From the NCBI GenBank assembly GCA_046583355.1, contig JAYGCM010000087.1, forward strand, positions 46,988 to 110,987: a stretch of 64,000 nucleotides of DNA, given 5' to 3'. A model generated the notes under the pieces. It searched no databases, was not told where the DNA came from, and saw only the letters and a list, made by a program, of their open reading frames with translations. Positions within the stretch are counted from its first letter, which is position 1; every line of letters starts with the position of its first letter. The DNA is from Deltaproteobacteria bacterium (GTDB taxonomy: Bacteria; Desulfobacterota; Binatia; UBA12015). A program made the position numbers and the translations under genes. Shown here piece after piece: positions 53,472-62,396 of this stretch.

Positions 53472-56454
53472 TCTGCTGCACCCGGATCTCCCAGGTATGG
53501 GCGCTGGCCTGCGCACGCAGCGCGGCTCTGGCGTCGGGATCGCGCCGCTCCTCGATGCCGTGGGCGAGGGCTTCGAGCCATTCGTCGCGTCCGGTCGCAA
53601 TACGCACGAGGTCGATCCGGGCGCATTCAGGCAAGGCGGCGCTGACGATCGGGCAGCCGCCGGCCATATACTCGAAGAGCTTGAGCGGCGAGACCGCGCG
53701 CGTGAGAGGCATGACCTGGAAGGGGATGGTCGCCACATCGAAGGCGGCCAGGCAGGAGGGGATTTCCGCATAAGGCACGGCGCCGGGAAGCTCGACATTG
53801 GGCAAGGCAGCCAGGCCGCTTGCCGCGGCCGTGCCGTCGTGGTCCGGGCCGATCAGAACGAAACTCCACTCGGGTCGGGCCCGCGCCAGGGCTGCGATCA
53901 GATCGTAATCGACCCAGCGTGCGAGCGCGCCGAAATAGCCGATGATGGGCCGCGGCAAGTCGGCGAATCGCCTGGCCCCTGCCGTCTCGGTAGTTGCGAA
54001 ATGCGCCAGGTCGACCCCATTGGGTACCAGCAGCGCATCGCTGCGGGTGGCCTTCAACCCGTCCAGGAGTCGGTCGGCGGTGGCGATGACGATATCGGCT
54101 TCGCGCACCATGCGGGAATGCTCGCGGCGCAGCCTCGTGGGGTTGCCGCCGAAGACTTCAATCTCGTCGATTGACTCATAGATGATCGTGGAGTGGGGGA
54201 AATACGCGGTTTCGTAAGCGTTATACGGCAGGGCGAAGACGCGCGCGCCGCGCGTTTCGTCAAAGGCGCAAAGCGGCAAAGAACTCAGATGCACCCCCTG
54301 GGCGACCTGCTGTAGGCCGGGCCCGTCTTTGGCGTCGTAATCGTGCAGGCAAAAGAAGACCAGGTGGCCGAGTCGGCCCAAGGCCAGGGCGAGTTGCTGC
54401 GGGCGTTGGAAGAGGTCAATGGACCAACCGATTCCGGGCAGGAAGACGATCACTTCGCCGTCTGGATGGTTGGCGATCAGGGATTGGATCTGCCCCTGCC
54501 CTTGTCGCGTCGCGTGGCGATCGCCCTGATGCGGGCGCCAATGGCACGCCCATTTATCTTCGTAGATTTCGCGATTCTGGTCATGCAGGGCGCGGTAGCG
54601 GGCGTCGCTGAGCTTGCGGAAGCTGGCCCGCCCCGCGTGGTGGATATAGACTTCCTCGGCACAAACGACGCGATAGCCGGCGGCGCGAATCCGATGCGAA
54701 TAATCGTCGTCCTCGAACATGCCGACGCCATAGCGCTCATCGAGTGGGCCGACCTCGGCAAAGACGCGCCGCGGCAGGGCCACGCAATACATCGCCAGGA
54801 CATCGATCGGATAGCGCTGGCCTTGGTGCACGCGCGCCCAATCTTCGGCGAATATGGCGAGTCCACCGAGGTCTTCATAGCCGGCCTCCTGCCGCGCCTC
54901 GTTCCAGACATTATTGGTGACCGGGCCGATCAGGCCGATGCTTTCATCGCAGCGCAGGTTACGCAGCAGGCGCGCGAGCCAGCCGCGGGGGAGCACGGTA
55001 TCGTTGTTGAGCAGAACGAGAAAGTCGCCGGCCGCGGCGGCCAGACCCTGATTATTGGCGGCGGCGAAACCGCGGTTGTCGCGGTTGCGGATCAGGCGCA
55101 CGCGCGGGTCCTCGCGGGCCAACTCGGCCAGCCAGGCCGCTGTCGCATCGCTGGAGCCATTGTCGACGAAGATCAGTTCGATATGGGGCCAGGTCGTATC
55201 GGAAAGTATGGACTTGACGCATTGTTCGGTGAAGCCGAGGTTGTTCCAGGTGACGATGATGAGGCTGACCAGCGGAAAGCTCTCGGCGGCGGCCGCCGTC
55301 AATGCCGTGCCGCGGGCCTGCCAAGAGTTCGCCTCGGCGAAGGCGCGGCGCGCTCGGGCGGGGCGTAACTGGTTCTCGGCCAGGGCCAATTCGAGTTCCT
55401 TGGTGAATTCTTCGGGCGACTTTGCCAAGCGGAAAAGGTCACCATAGGGCCGGAGTTCGGGCAGGTCACTGGCGACCACGGGTTTGCCCGCGGCCAGGTA
55501 TTCATAGGCTTTGACCGGATCGGTTGCCTGCACCAATGGTGTGAGCTGAAAGGGAATCGTTGCTACATCGAAATGTGCGAGATAGGCAGGCAGCTCGGCA
55601 TAGGGTCTTTCGCCGAGAAAATGCACGTTGGGCAATGCCCGCAGGTCGTCATGCGGTGGCGCGCCGAAGGTCGAGCCGATCAGTACGAAGGACCATTGCG
55701 GATGTGCGGCGGCGGCGTGGCGCAGCATATCGAAATCAAACCACGCTGAGATGGCGCCAAAATAGCCGATGATTTTTCCCGCCAGGCCGTCCATCTCCGC
55801 CGGTCTGGCCGGTGCTGGTTTGCGAGCGGCGAAATGTTCCACATCGCAGCCGTTGGGAATCCGCACGATGCGCGGGTTCAGGGGCCGCATCTTGCCGTGC
55901 AAGGCATGCGCTGTGACGACTACTGTGTCGGCCCCGGCGGCGAGACGCTCCTCGGCGCCGGTCATCGCGGGCGTATTGGTTGCGAAATCGGCGTGGTCGT
56001 CCATGCAATCGTAGAGCAGCGGCCAGCCGCGTTCGCGCATCGCCAATGCCGCGTCGGCCCAGAAGGGAAGTTGGACGATGCTCAATGCGCTGGCGATTCC
56101 CTCTTGGCGGGCCAGCAGGTCCAGCGAGGCGACCAGGGCGCGCTGGTTCCCGGTATCCAATTCGTCTTGGTAGACGTTGCGCACCGATTCCATGCCTGGC
56201 GCGACCCGGATGATGCCGTCTTCGATCCGGGTCAGCAGCGGGGCGGCGCCGGGCTGCAAATGCTCACCGTGCAGCAGCGCATGGGGGTCGATCCAGAAGA
56301 TGCGGTGGCCGCGGCGGGCCATCTCCCGCATCAGCTGCTGGGGCCGCTGGAAACGGAAATCCCACGCGATGATGGGGAAGCAGACGATATCGAAGGTGGT
56401 CGGCAGCGCGGCTACGCCCGCTGACCAGGCGAGTAGCCCGACCTCGCTTGCCAT
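53425..56454 (-). CDS. tri-domain glycosyltransferase (GT4-like, GT2, GT4-like), polymerising-type
   Basis: N-terminal GT-B (IIGYFGAISAWFDFDML...TDPVKAYEYLAAGKPVV). Central GT-A (SLIIVTWNN...FVDNGSSD...LLNNDTV...MFEDDDYSHR). Third GT-B repeat (IIGYFGALARWVDYDLI...VSPLKLFEYMAGGCPIV). ATG at 56454 was chosen (the ORF-track start is GTG at 56595). 47-nt convergent overlap with the preceding GT gene. Confidence 0.8.
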   Translation of the reverse strand: MASEVGLLAWSAGVAALPTTFDIVCFPIIAWDFRFQRPQQLMREMARRGHRIFWIDPHALLHGEHLQPGAAPLLTRIEDGIIRVAPGMESVRNVYQDELDTGNQRALVASLDLLARQEGIASALSIVQLPFWADAALAMRERGWPLLYDCMDDHADFATNTPAMTGAEERLAAGADTVVVTAHALHGKMRPLNPRIVRIPNGCDVEHFAARKPAPARPAEMDGLAGKIIGYFGAISAWFDFDMLRHAAAAHPQWSFVLIGSTFGAPPHDDLRALPNVHFLGERPYAELPAYLAHFDVATIPFQLTPLVQATDPVKAYEYLAAGKPVVASDLPELRPYGDLFRLAKSPEEFTKELELALAENQLRPARARRAFAEANSWQARGTALTAAAAESFPLVSLIIVTWNNLGFTEQCVKSILSDTTWPHIELIFVDNGSSDATAAWLAELAREDPRVRLIRNRDNRGFAAANNQGLAAAAGDFLVLLNNDTVLPRGWLARLLRNLRCDESIGLIGPVTNNVWNEARQEAGYEDLGGLAIFAEDWARVHQGQRYPIDVLAMYCVALPRRVFAEVGPLDERYGVGMFEDDDYSHRIRAAGYRVVCAEEVYIHHAGRASFRKLSDARYRALHDQNREIYEDKWACHWRPHQGDRHATRQGQGQIQSLIANHPDGEVIVFLPGIGWSIDLFQRPQQLALALGRLGHLVFFCLHDYDAKDGPGLQQVAQGVHLSSLPLCAFDETRGARVFALPYNAYETAYFPHSTIIYESIDEIEVFGGNPTRLRREHSRMVREADIVIATADRLLDGLKATRSDALLVPNGVDLAHFATTETAGARRFADLPRPIIGYFGALARWVDYDLIAALARARPEWSFVLIGPDHDGTAAASGLAALPNVELPGAVPYAEIPSCLAAFDVATIPFQVMPLTRAVSPLKLFEYMAGGCPIVSAALPECARIDLVRIATGRDEWLEALAHGIEERRDPDARAALRAQASAHTWEIRVQQIMQAVDAATASRRAS

Positions 56455-56689
56455 GCGCGGCGGCGGTTTGGGCGGCAGACCCAGGAGGCGCCGCAGGCGC
56501 GTGCGAATGGGGTAGGGGATATGGCGCCCGATATGCTGCTGGCCCGCACGGATCACCGCTTTGGCGATCCGATGCTTGCGTCCTGATCCGGCCACGAATT
56601 GCCTCGCTACACCTTGCGCGCGGATGCCTCAATGCCGAATCTGGAGAACTGGCGTGCGCGGGCGAGAGCCCAGCCGGAACACCACCATT

Positions 56690-57370
56690 ATGTCCGCCGC
56701 TGGCGAAACAATCGCGACCGCTCCGGTCGCCACTGCCCAGGTCGCCGAGCGCCTGGCAGCCCTGGATCCGGCGACCCGCGGCCGCCTTCGCGCGACGCTA
56801 CGCGACGATATGGAAACTGAATACGATGCGCGCTTCCTGACCGCCTGGGTGCGCCAGTTGCCGATCGAGTTTTCCCCGGAATTCCTTGAACTTTTCGACC
56901 ATTGGGACCGGGAAGAGGGCGAGCATTTCACCGCTTTTCGTGATGTCTGCGCTCTTTTCCTCGACGACCTTGAGCCCGCGCTGGCCGCGCGGCGCCCCGA
57001 TTTCGGTGCCATTGCCCATCTCTTTTCCGGCGAGTTCGAGATCCTCTGCCTGCTGGCCTACGACGAATTGGCGACCGTGCGCGGCTACAAAGGCAACCTC
57101 GAGCTCTACGACCGCCTTGGCCCGGTATTCGGTGGCTTCGTGCGCTCGGTGGTGGCCGATGAAGCCTCGCATTATGCGGGTTTCCGCCGCCTCTTGCGCG
57201 CGCGCCACGCACACCGACTCAGTGAGGCACCGGCGATCATCCGTCGGATCCGTGCCGCCGATGGTACGCCCTATCGGGCGACTTTTGTCCTCGATCATGA
57301 TGACCCCGTCTATGGCGCTGCACTTTTCGACGAGGTCGCCCATGTTCTCGAACAACAGCTGACGCGTTAA
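56690..57370 (+). CDS. ferritin-like di-iron-carboxylate protein (hypothetical)
   Basis: Spacing E...EEGEH...E...DEASH (DMETEY, REEGEHFTAF, EFEILCLLAYDE, VADEASHYAGF) fits the four-helix-bundle E / ExxH / E / ExxH di-iron ligand set. Start is uncertain (ATG 56690 without a Shine-Dalgarno; alternative GTG at 56654). Confidence 0.5.
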   Translation: MSAAGETIATAPVATAQVAERLAALDPATRGRLRATLRDDMETEYDARFLTAWVRQLPIEFSPEFLELFDHWDREEGEHFTAFRDVCALFLDDLEPALAARRPDFGAIAHLFSGEFEILCLLAYDELATVRGYKGNLELYDRLGPVFGGFVRSVVADEASHYAGFRRLLRARHAHRLSEAPAIIRRIRAADGTPYRATFVLDHDDPVYGAALFDEVAHVLEQQLTR

Positions 57371-57380
57371 GGAGACCTTT

Positions 57381-58946
57381 GTGGATCGCACCCGAATGAT
57401 CGCGGCTTTGGCCGATGGCCCTTGGGATGTTCTGGTAGTCGGGGGCGGAGCCTCGGGTTTGGGGATCGCCGTCGATGCCCAGACCCGAGGCTACCGCACG
57501 CTGCTGCTTGAGAAACACGATTTCGCCAAGGCGACCTCCAGTCGCTCGACCAAATTGGTGCATGGTGGCGTGCGCTACCTGCAGCAGGGCAATGTTTCGT
57601 TGGTGCTCGAAGCCCTGCGCGAGCGCGGGTTGTTGGGCCGCAACGCGGCCCATCTGGTGCATGATCTCGCTTTTGTGGTGCCGAGTTACCGCTGGTGGGA
57701 GGGGCCCTTCTACGGCGTGGGCCTCAAGGTCTACGACCGCCTCGCGGGCCGATTGAATATCGCCAGTTCCCGCATTCTCGACCGCGCGGAAACGCTTGCG
57801 AAGATCCCCAATGTGGAGACCGAGAACCTGCTCGGTGGCGTGCAATATCATGACGCGCAGTTCGACGACGCGCGGCTTGCTCTCGCGCTCGCTATGACGG
57901 CAGTCGACCATGGCGCGACCCTGATCAACTATATGTCGGTCGATCGGCTGCTGAAGAAAGACGGGCAGGTCGTGGGGGTGGCGGCGAGTGATGGCGAGAC
58001 CGGTCGCATCTGCAACTTGCACGCCTCGGTCGTGATCAATGCCACCGGCGTCTTTGCGGACTCCTTGCGGCGCCTCGACGAGCCGCGCACGGAGGCCACG
58101 GTCACCGCCAGCCAGGGTGTGCATATCGTCCTGGACCGTAGCTTCCAGCCTTCCGATACGGCGATCATGGTGCCGCAGACCGATGACGGTCGCGTGCTTT
58201 TCGTCATTCCCTGGCATGGCCGCGTTCTGGTGGGCACGACCGATACCGAAGTATCCGAGGCCGAAATCGAGCCCCGTCCGCTCAGCGAGGAAATCGATTT
58301 TATCTTGCGCAACGCCGCGCGCTACCTGGAGCGCGAGCCGAAACGCGAGGATATTCTGAGTTGCTTTGCCGGCTTGCGGCCGCTGGTGAAAGCGAATTTC
58401 GAGACCGGCGGCACCAAGACGATCTCGCGTGAGCATTCGGTCCTCATCTCGGAGTCCGGGCTGGTTACGATCGTGGGCGGCAAATGGACCACCTACCGCA
58501 AGATGGCCGAAGACACGGTCGATGACGCCGCCGCCGTAGCCGGGCTCGAAGAGCGCGCCTGCATCACGGGCAATCTACGCCTGCACGGTTGGATGCGCCG
58601 CAGCGATCCGCTTCTGCCTTCCGAGGGGCATATGGAAATGTACGGTGCCGATGCCGCGACCGTGCAGCGTTTTCTGGAAGACGAGCCGCGAGGCCTGGAA
58701 CTGCTTCATCCGCGTCTGCCCTACCATTGCGGCCAGGTCACCTGGGCGGCCCGCTTTGAGATGGCACGCACAGTGGAAGACGTTCTCTCACGCCGCACCC
58801 GTAGCCTGCTTCTGGACGCACGGGCGGCCATCGAGGCGGCGCCACTCACCGCCAAGCTGCTGGCGGCCGAGTTGGGCCGCGACTCGCTCTGGCAGCAACG
58901 CCAGGTCGAAGACTTCCAGACCCTCGCCGCCCGCTACCTCCCGTAG
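57381..58946 (+). CDS. glpD: FAD-dependent glycerol-3-phosphate dehydrogenase
   Basis: GTG start with an AAGGAGA Shine-Dalgarno. WDVLVVGGGASGLGIAVDAQTRGYRTLLLEKHDFAKATSSRSTKLVHGGVRYL is the GlpD/GlpA N-terminus. Length 521 aa. Confidence 0.9.
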   Translation: MDRTRMIAALADGPWDVLVVGGGASGLGIAVDAQTRGYRTLLLEKHDFAKATSSRSTKLVHGGVRYLQQGNVSLVLEALRERGLLGRNAAHLVHDLAFVVPSYRWWEGPFYGVGLKVYDRLAGRLNIASSRILDRAETLAKIPNVETENLLGGVQYHDAQFDDARLALALAMTAVDHGATLINYMSVDRLLKKDGQVVGVAASDGETGRICNLHASVVINATGVFADSLRRLDEPRTEATVTASQGVHIVLDRSFQPSDTAIMVPQTDDGRVLFVIPWHGRVLVGTTDTEVSEAEIEPRPLSEEIDFILRNAARYLEREPKREDILSCFAGLRPLVKANFETGGTKTISREHSVLISESGLVTIVGGKWTTYRKMAEDTVDDAAAVAGLEERACITGNLRLHGWMRRSDPLLPSEGHMEMYGADAATVQRFLEDEPRGLELLHPRLPYHCGQVTWAARFEMARTVEDVLSRRTRSLLLDARAAIEAAPLTAKLLAAELGRDSLWQQRQVEDFQTLAARYLP

Positions 58947-59011
58947 CGTCTCGGGCCTCGGCGTCGTCGTCTGGGCCCGGCCGGGGTGTGTCGTGAGCTC
59001 CAGCGGCGGAC

Positions 59012-59052
59012 AAAAAAAGGCCCGGGCTCCTTGCGGAACCCGGGCCTTCTGC
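59012..59052. terminator. bidirectional intrinsic terminator between glpD and the TonB-dependent receptor gene
   Basis: AAAAAAA, then stem GGCCCGGG (59019-59026), loop ctccttgcggaa, stem CCCGGGCC (59039-59046), then TTCTGCT. The A-tract and T-tract flank the hairpin, which serves the convergent genes. Confidence 0.7.
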
Positions 59053-59072
59053 TGCGAGAAGCTTTTCGGCTT

Positions 59073-62000
59073 CTAGAGGTGTGCTCCGACAGCGAAGCCG
59101 AAGAGACGCGGCTCGATGACGAAGACATTGGTGAATTGCGCGGTAGCGGCATCCGACACATAGAGGCCGGTGATATTGTCGCTATTCAGGATATTCTTCA
59201 CGTACCCACGAAGGAACCAACGCCCTTCCTGATCTTCAAAGACGACCTGCGCATCCCAACGGTGCCACGACGGAATCTTGTCGAGCGGGCCGTTGTAGAT
59301 ACGTCCCCACATGGACGACTGAATGTAGAAGTCGGAACGCGGGGTGACGTCGATGCCCAGAGCATCCACCGGGAAGGTGTATTGGCCACCGACCTTGAAC
59401 GTCAGAGTCGGCGCATTCGGCATCTCGTTGCCTTCGACCTCCACCGCATAGGAGGGCTTAGTCAGGTCGATGGTGGTGTCGTCAGGGCCCGGCACAGCGC
59501 TCATTGCAGCGCAGTTGACCAGCGTAGGCAGGCCACTCTCCGTGAAGGTGATTTCCTCGTGAACGTAGTAGTTCTGGTTCGCCGCCTGGTCGAGCAGGCC
59601 GGTCTCGTACGCCGAGCGGTAGGCCGTCTCGTCGAGGACACAGGGCTGGCCGAAGATGGAGTCCTTGGCGAGGAAAGAGTTCGGTTCGTTGAAACGCTCG
59701 CCCGCGGGGTCGCGAGGATCAACCGAACGTTCGCCATTTTTGATCTCGGTTCCGAGGTAGGAGAAGTTCATGTCGATGAGCAAGCCCGGAACCCAGGGGA
59801 CCGCCCACATGGTCTCGATCTCGAGGCCCCAGACGTTGGCATCGATGTTCTCGTTGATCGACGTGCGGTTCTGAATCTTCGAGACCTGGTAGCCGGTGTA
59901 ATCGTAATAGAAGGCCGCGAAGTTGGCGACGAGGCCAAGATCGAGGATCTTGTTCTTCATGCCGACTTCGAAGGCGTTTACGATCTCTTGCTCGAAGGTA
60001 TCCTCGACGCCCGTGAAGAGTGCCGGATCGACTGCAGGGTTGAAGCCGCCCGGACGGTAGCCGCGCGACCATTGCACATAGGTCATGGTCTCGTCGGTGA
60101 AGGGAAGCTCTGTCATATAATCGAGAACCGCGCGCCCGGTCCACGCATCGAACGTGACATCGGTTGCGCTGCCCTTGAGGGACCGTGCGAAGTTGTAGGG
60201 CGGCAGCGGCGCACCCGGCAGGCAATCTTTCGGACCGTCAGGATCCGAGGGGTCGCAGGATACCGTGCCCTGGGCGCCTGGCTGCACCGGGCCGAGCGGC
60301 GCATACGAGACCGGTCCGCCCTCGGGCGCGAAGGCGCAGTCAAAATCGGTCTGGTTGAGCGGCGTCAGTGGATCGGTGTCGATCAGGCATATTTTATTAG
60401 GCATCTGGTTGACGCCGCCGCCGTATTGCAGGGAGTTCAGCAGAGTCTGACGGTCGCGGATGTCCTTCTTGTCTCGGTTGTAGCGAATACCACCGGTGAA
60501 CTTCAGCTCTTCGGTGATATCGTAATACCCTTCGCCGTAGATGCCGAAGCTGTTCCGGATATAGGGGTTGGTCTGGTTGAAATAGAAGCTCGGGTAGAGC
60601 CCGGTCAGACCCGGCAGAGGCGGGATGGGACCAGCCGGCAGCGAGATCGGCGCGGCGTCCAGGGCAACGGATTCGAGCGTGTTGCTCAGAACATTGTAGC
60701 CGGTCCGTGTGCGCTGGTTGGTGTAGTTGACGCCAGCGAGGAAGTTGAAAGCCGACTCCCAAGCCGAGCTGATACGGGCTTCCGTGTACCATGTATTGGT
60801 CTGCAGGAAGCTCTTATCGTAGGAGAAGACGCGCTGGTCCCAGCGGAAAATCTTGCCGCCGAAGGCACCTTCGAGGTTCTCGTCCGTCCAATCGAAGTTG
60901 GCAGGGCCGGAGACCGGGAGGATGCCGACGGGGTTGTCGTCTGTCGGAACGAAGCTTGCGCCGACGTCCATATTGTAGTCCTGACGCGAGTTCACCGAGA
61001 CCTTATGGTAGGCGCCGATCACGTTGAGGGTCAGGTCTTCGGGGAGTTCCTGCGCGAGGGTCAGAAGGTAGGTTGACTCGTCGGCCTGATAGGTCGGGTC
61101 GAGATCGGTGTAGACAGCGCGTAGATCGTCGTTGAGGCGCTGTTGCAGGCCCGGGTTCTGCTCTTCGGAGTACGGGTTCTGGCTATCCGGCGTCGCACCC
61201 CAAGGTGTGAGGCCGGCGTAGGCGGCGAACATGCCGCCGACAAAGGCCTGCGGGTAGGAGAGGTCGGCACGCTGCGTCTCAAGGCTGCCGCGCCAATCAC
61301 AGCCGAGCTGCGGGGTAGAGGTCGCGTTGCAGAGCTGCTTGGTGACGCGCGCGCGGTTGTCGTCTTCTTTGAAGCGCGACCACAGGAAGCTCACATAGGT
61401 CGTGTCGGTGAGGTCGGCGGCGAGAGTGGCGCGGATGCTCCAGAGGTCGCGGCCATCGACGGTGTCGGAATTAACTTCCGGGCCATCGTAGAGGTTCTTG
61501 GTCATGCCATCGCGCTGCAGCGAGATGCCGGCAACACGAATCGCGAAACGCTCACCCAACGGAAGGTTGACGGCGCCGCGGATTTTCAGCGAGTTGAAGT
61601 TACCGTAGTCGACTTCGAAATCGCCGCCGAATTCTTCCATATTCGGCTTGGCCGTGATGACGTTTACCACACCGCCGGTTGCGTTCTGGCCGTAGAGAGT
61701 GCCCTGCGGGCCACGCAGAATCTCGACACGCTCAAGATCGAAATACTCGGTCTCGAAGATCAGTGTCGGCAGCGGAGTCTCGTTGATATGGAACGCTACG
61801 CCCGGTGAGCCGGAAGCGGCCACAGCCGCCGAACCAACACCACGAATCGAGAAGTTCGAGCCCGTGAAGTTGGTCTTGGTGAACGACACGTTGGGCGCGC
61901 TGAATTGCAGGTCGGAGAATTGCGCGATCTGCTGCATTTCCAAGGCTTCGGCGTTGAATGCCGAAACCGCGATGGGCACTTCCTGCAGCGACTCGGATTT

Positions 62001-62177
62001 GCGCTGGGCGGTAATGACCATCTCTTCGATGGCTGGTCTGGGTGCACGCTCGGGCGGCGTATCGAACGCCTGAAGCTGTTCTTCCGCTTCTTTCTCGGGC
62101 GCTACATCGAGCGTCTGTGCCTGGGCTGTTGTTGCCGCAAAAATGGCAACAAGAACCAATGCCGTATACTTCTTCAT
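59073..62177 (-). CDS. TonB-dependent outer-membrane receptor (large, 1034 aa)
   Basis: Signal peptide MKKYTALVLVAIFAATTAQAQ. Plug domain with a TonB-box-like region (EEMVITAQRK...PIAVSAFNAEAL). Long beta-barrel region. ATG at 62177. Confidence 0.85.
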   Translation of the reverse strand: MKKYTALVLVAIFAATTAQAQTLDVAPEKEAEEQLQAFDTPPERAPRPAIEEMVITAQRKSESLQEVPIAVSAFNAEALEMQQIAQFSDLQFSAPNVSFTKTNFTGSNFSIRGVGSAAVAASGSPGVAFHINETPLPTLIFETEYFDLERVEILRGPQGTLYGQNATGGVVNVITAKPNMEEFGGDFEVDYGNFNSLKIRGAVNLPLGERFAIRVAGISLQRDGMTKNLYDGPEVNSDTVDGRDLWSIRATLAADLTDTTYVSFLWSRFKEDDNRARVTKQLCNATSTPQLGCDWRGSLETQRADLSYPQAFVGGMFAAYAGLTPWGATPDSQNPYSEEQNPGLQQRLNDDLRAVYTDLDPTYQADESTYLLTLAQELPEDLTLNVIGAYHKVSVNSRQDYNMDVGASFVPTDDNPVGILPVSGPANFDWTDENLEGAFGGKIFRWDQRVFSYDKSFLQTNTWYTEARISSAWESAFNFLAGVNYTNQRTRTGYNVLSNTLESVALDAAPISLPAGPIPPLPGLTGLYPSFYFNQTNPYIRNSFGIYGEGYYDITEELKFTGGIRYNRDKKDIRDRQTLLNSLQYGGGVNQMPNKICLIDTDPLTPLNQTDFDCAFAPEGGPVSYAPLGPVQPGAQGTVSCDPSDPDGPKDCLPGAPLPPYNFARSLKGSATDVTFDAWTGRAVLDYMTELPFTDETMTYVQWSRGYRPGGFNPAVDPALFTGVEDTFEQEIVNAFEVGMKNKILDLGLVANFAAFYYDYTGYQVSKIQNRTSINENIDANVWGLEIETMWAVPWVPGLLIDMNFSYLGTEIKNGERSVDPRDPAGERFNEPNSFLAKDSIFGQPCVLDETAYRSAYETGLLDQAANQNYYVHEEITFTESGLPTLVNCAAMSAVPGPDDTTIDLTKPSYAVEVEGNEMPNAPTLTFKVGGQYTFPVDALGIDVTPRSDFYIQSSMWGRIYNGPLDKIPSWHRWDAQVVFEDQEGRWFLRGYVKNILNSDNITGLYVSDAATAQFTNVFVIEPRLFGFAVGAHL

Positions 62178-62396
62178 CCTGATTTTCCCCCCAAAATGTG
62201 TGAGCCGCAAAGCGGCGATTCCCACCCGGATATCGTTTCCATTCAAAAATGCAACGCAAACGCAGTAGCTTTCGCCTGTTTTTAATACGGAGGCTGCCAG
62301 GGGCTATGCGGGTTTTTCCTGATTCGGCTAGGGGATTACTCTGGTACGGGAGAGTTTTTCTGAGCGAATCCCCTGGCCTGTACCGTGGCGCGGAAC

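Noticed and set aside
62341-62372. Plus-strand hairpin ACTCT-ggtacggg-AGAGT followed by TTTTTCT between the two TonB-dependent receptor genes
   Set aside because: It looks like an intrinsic terminator on the plus strand, but both flanking genes are on the minus strand and no plus-strand gene lies upstream. On the minus strand it is preceded, not followed, by the A/T tract. Possibly a remnant, or an antisense or attenuator element, but unsupported.
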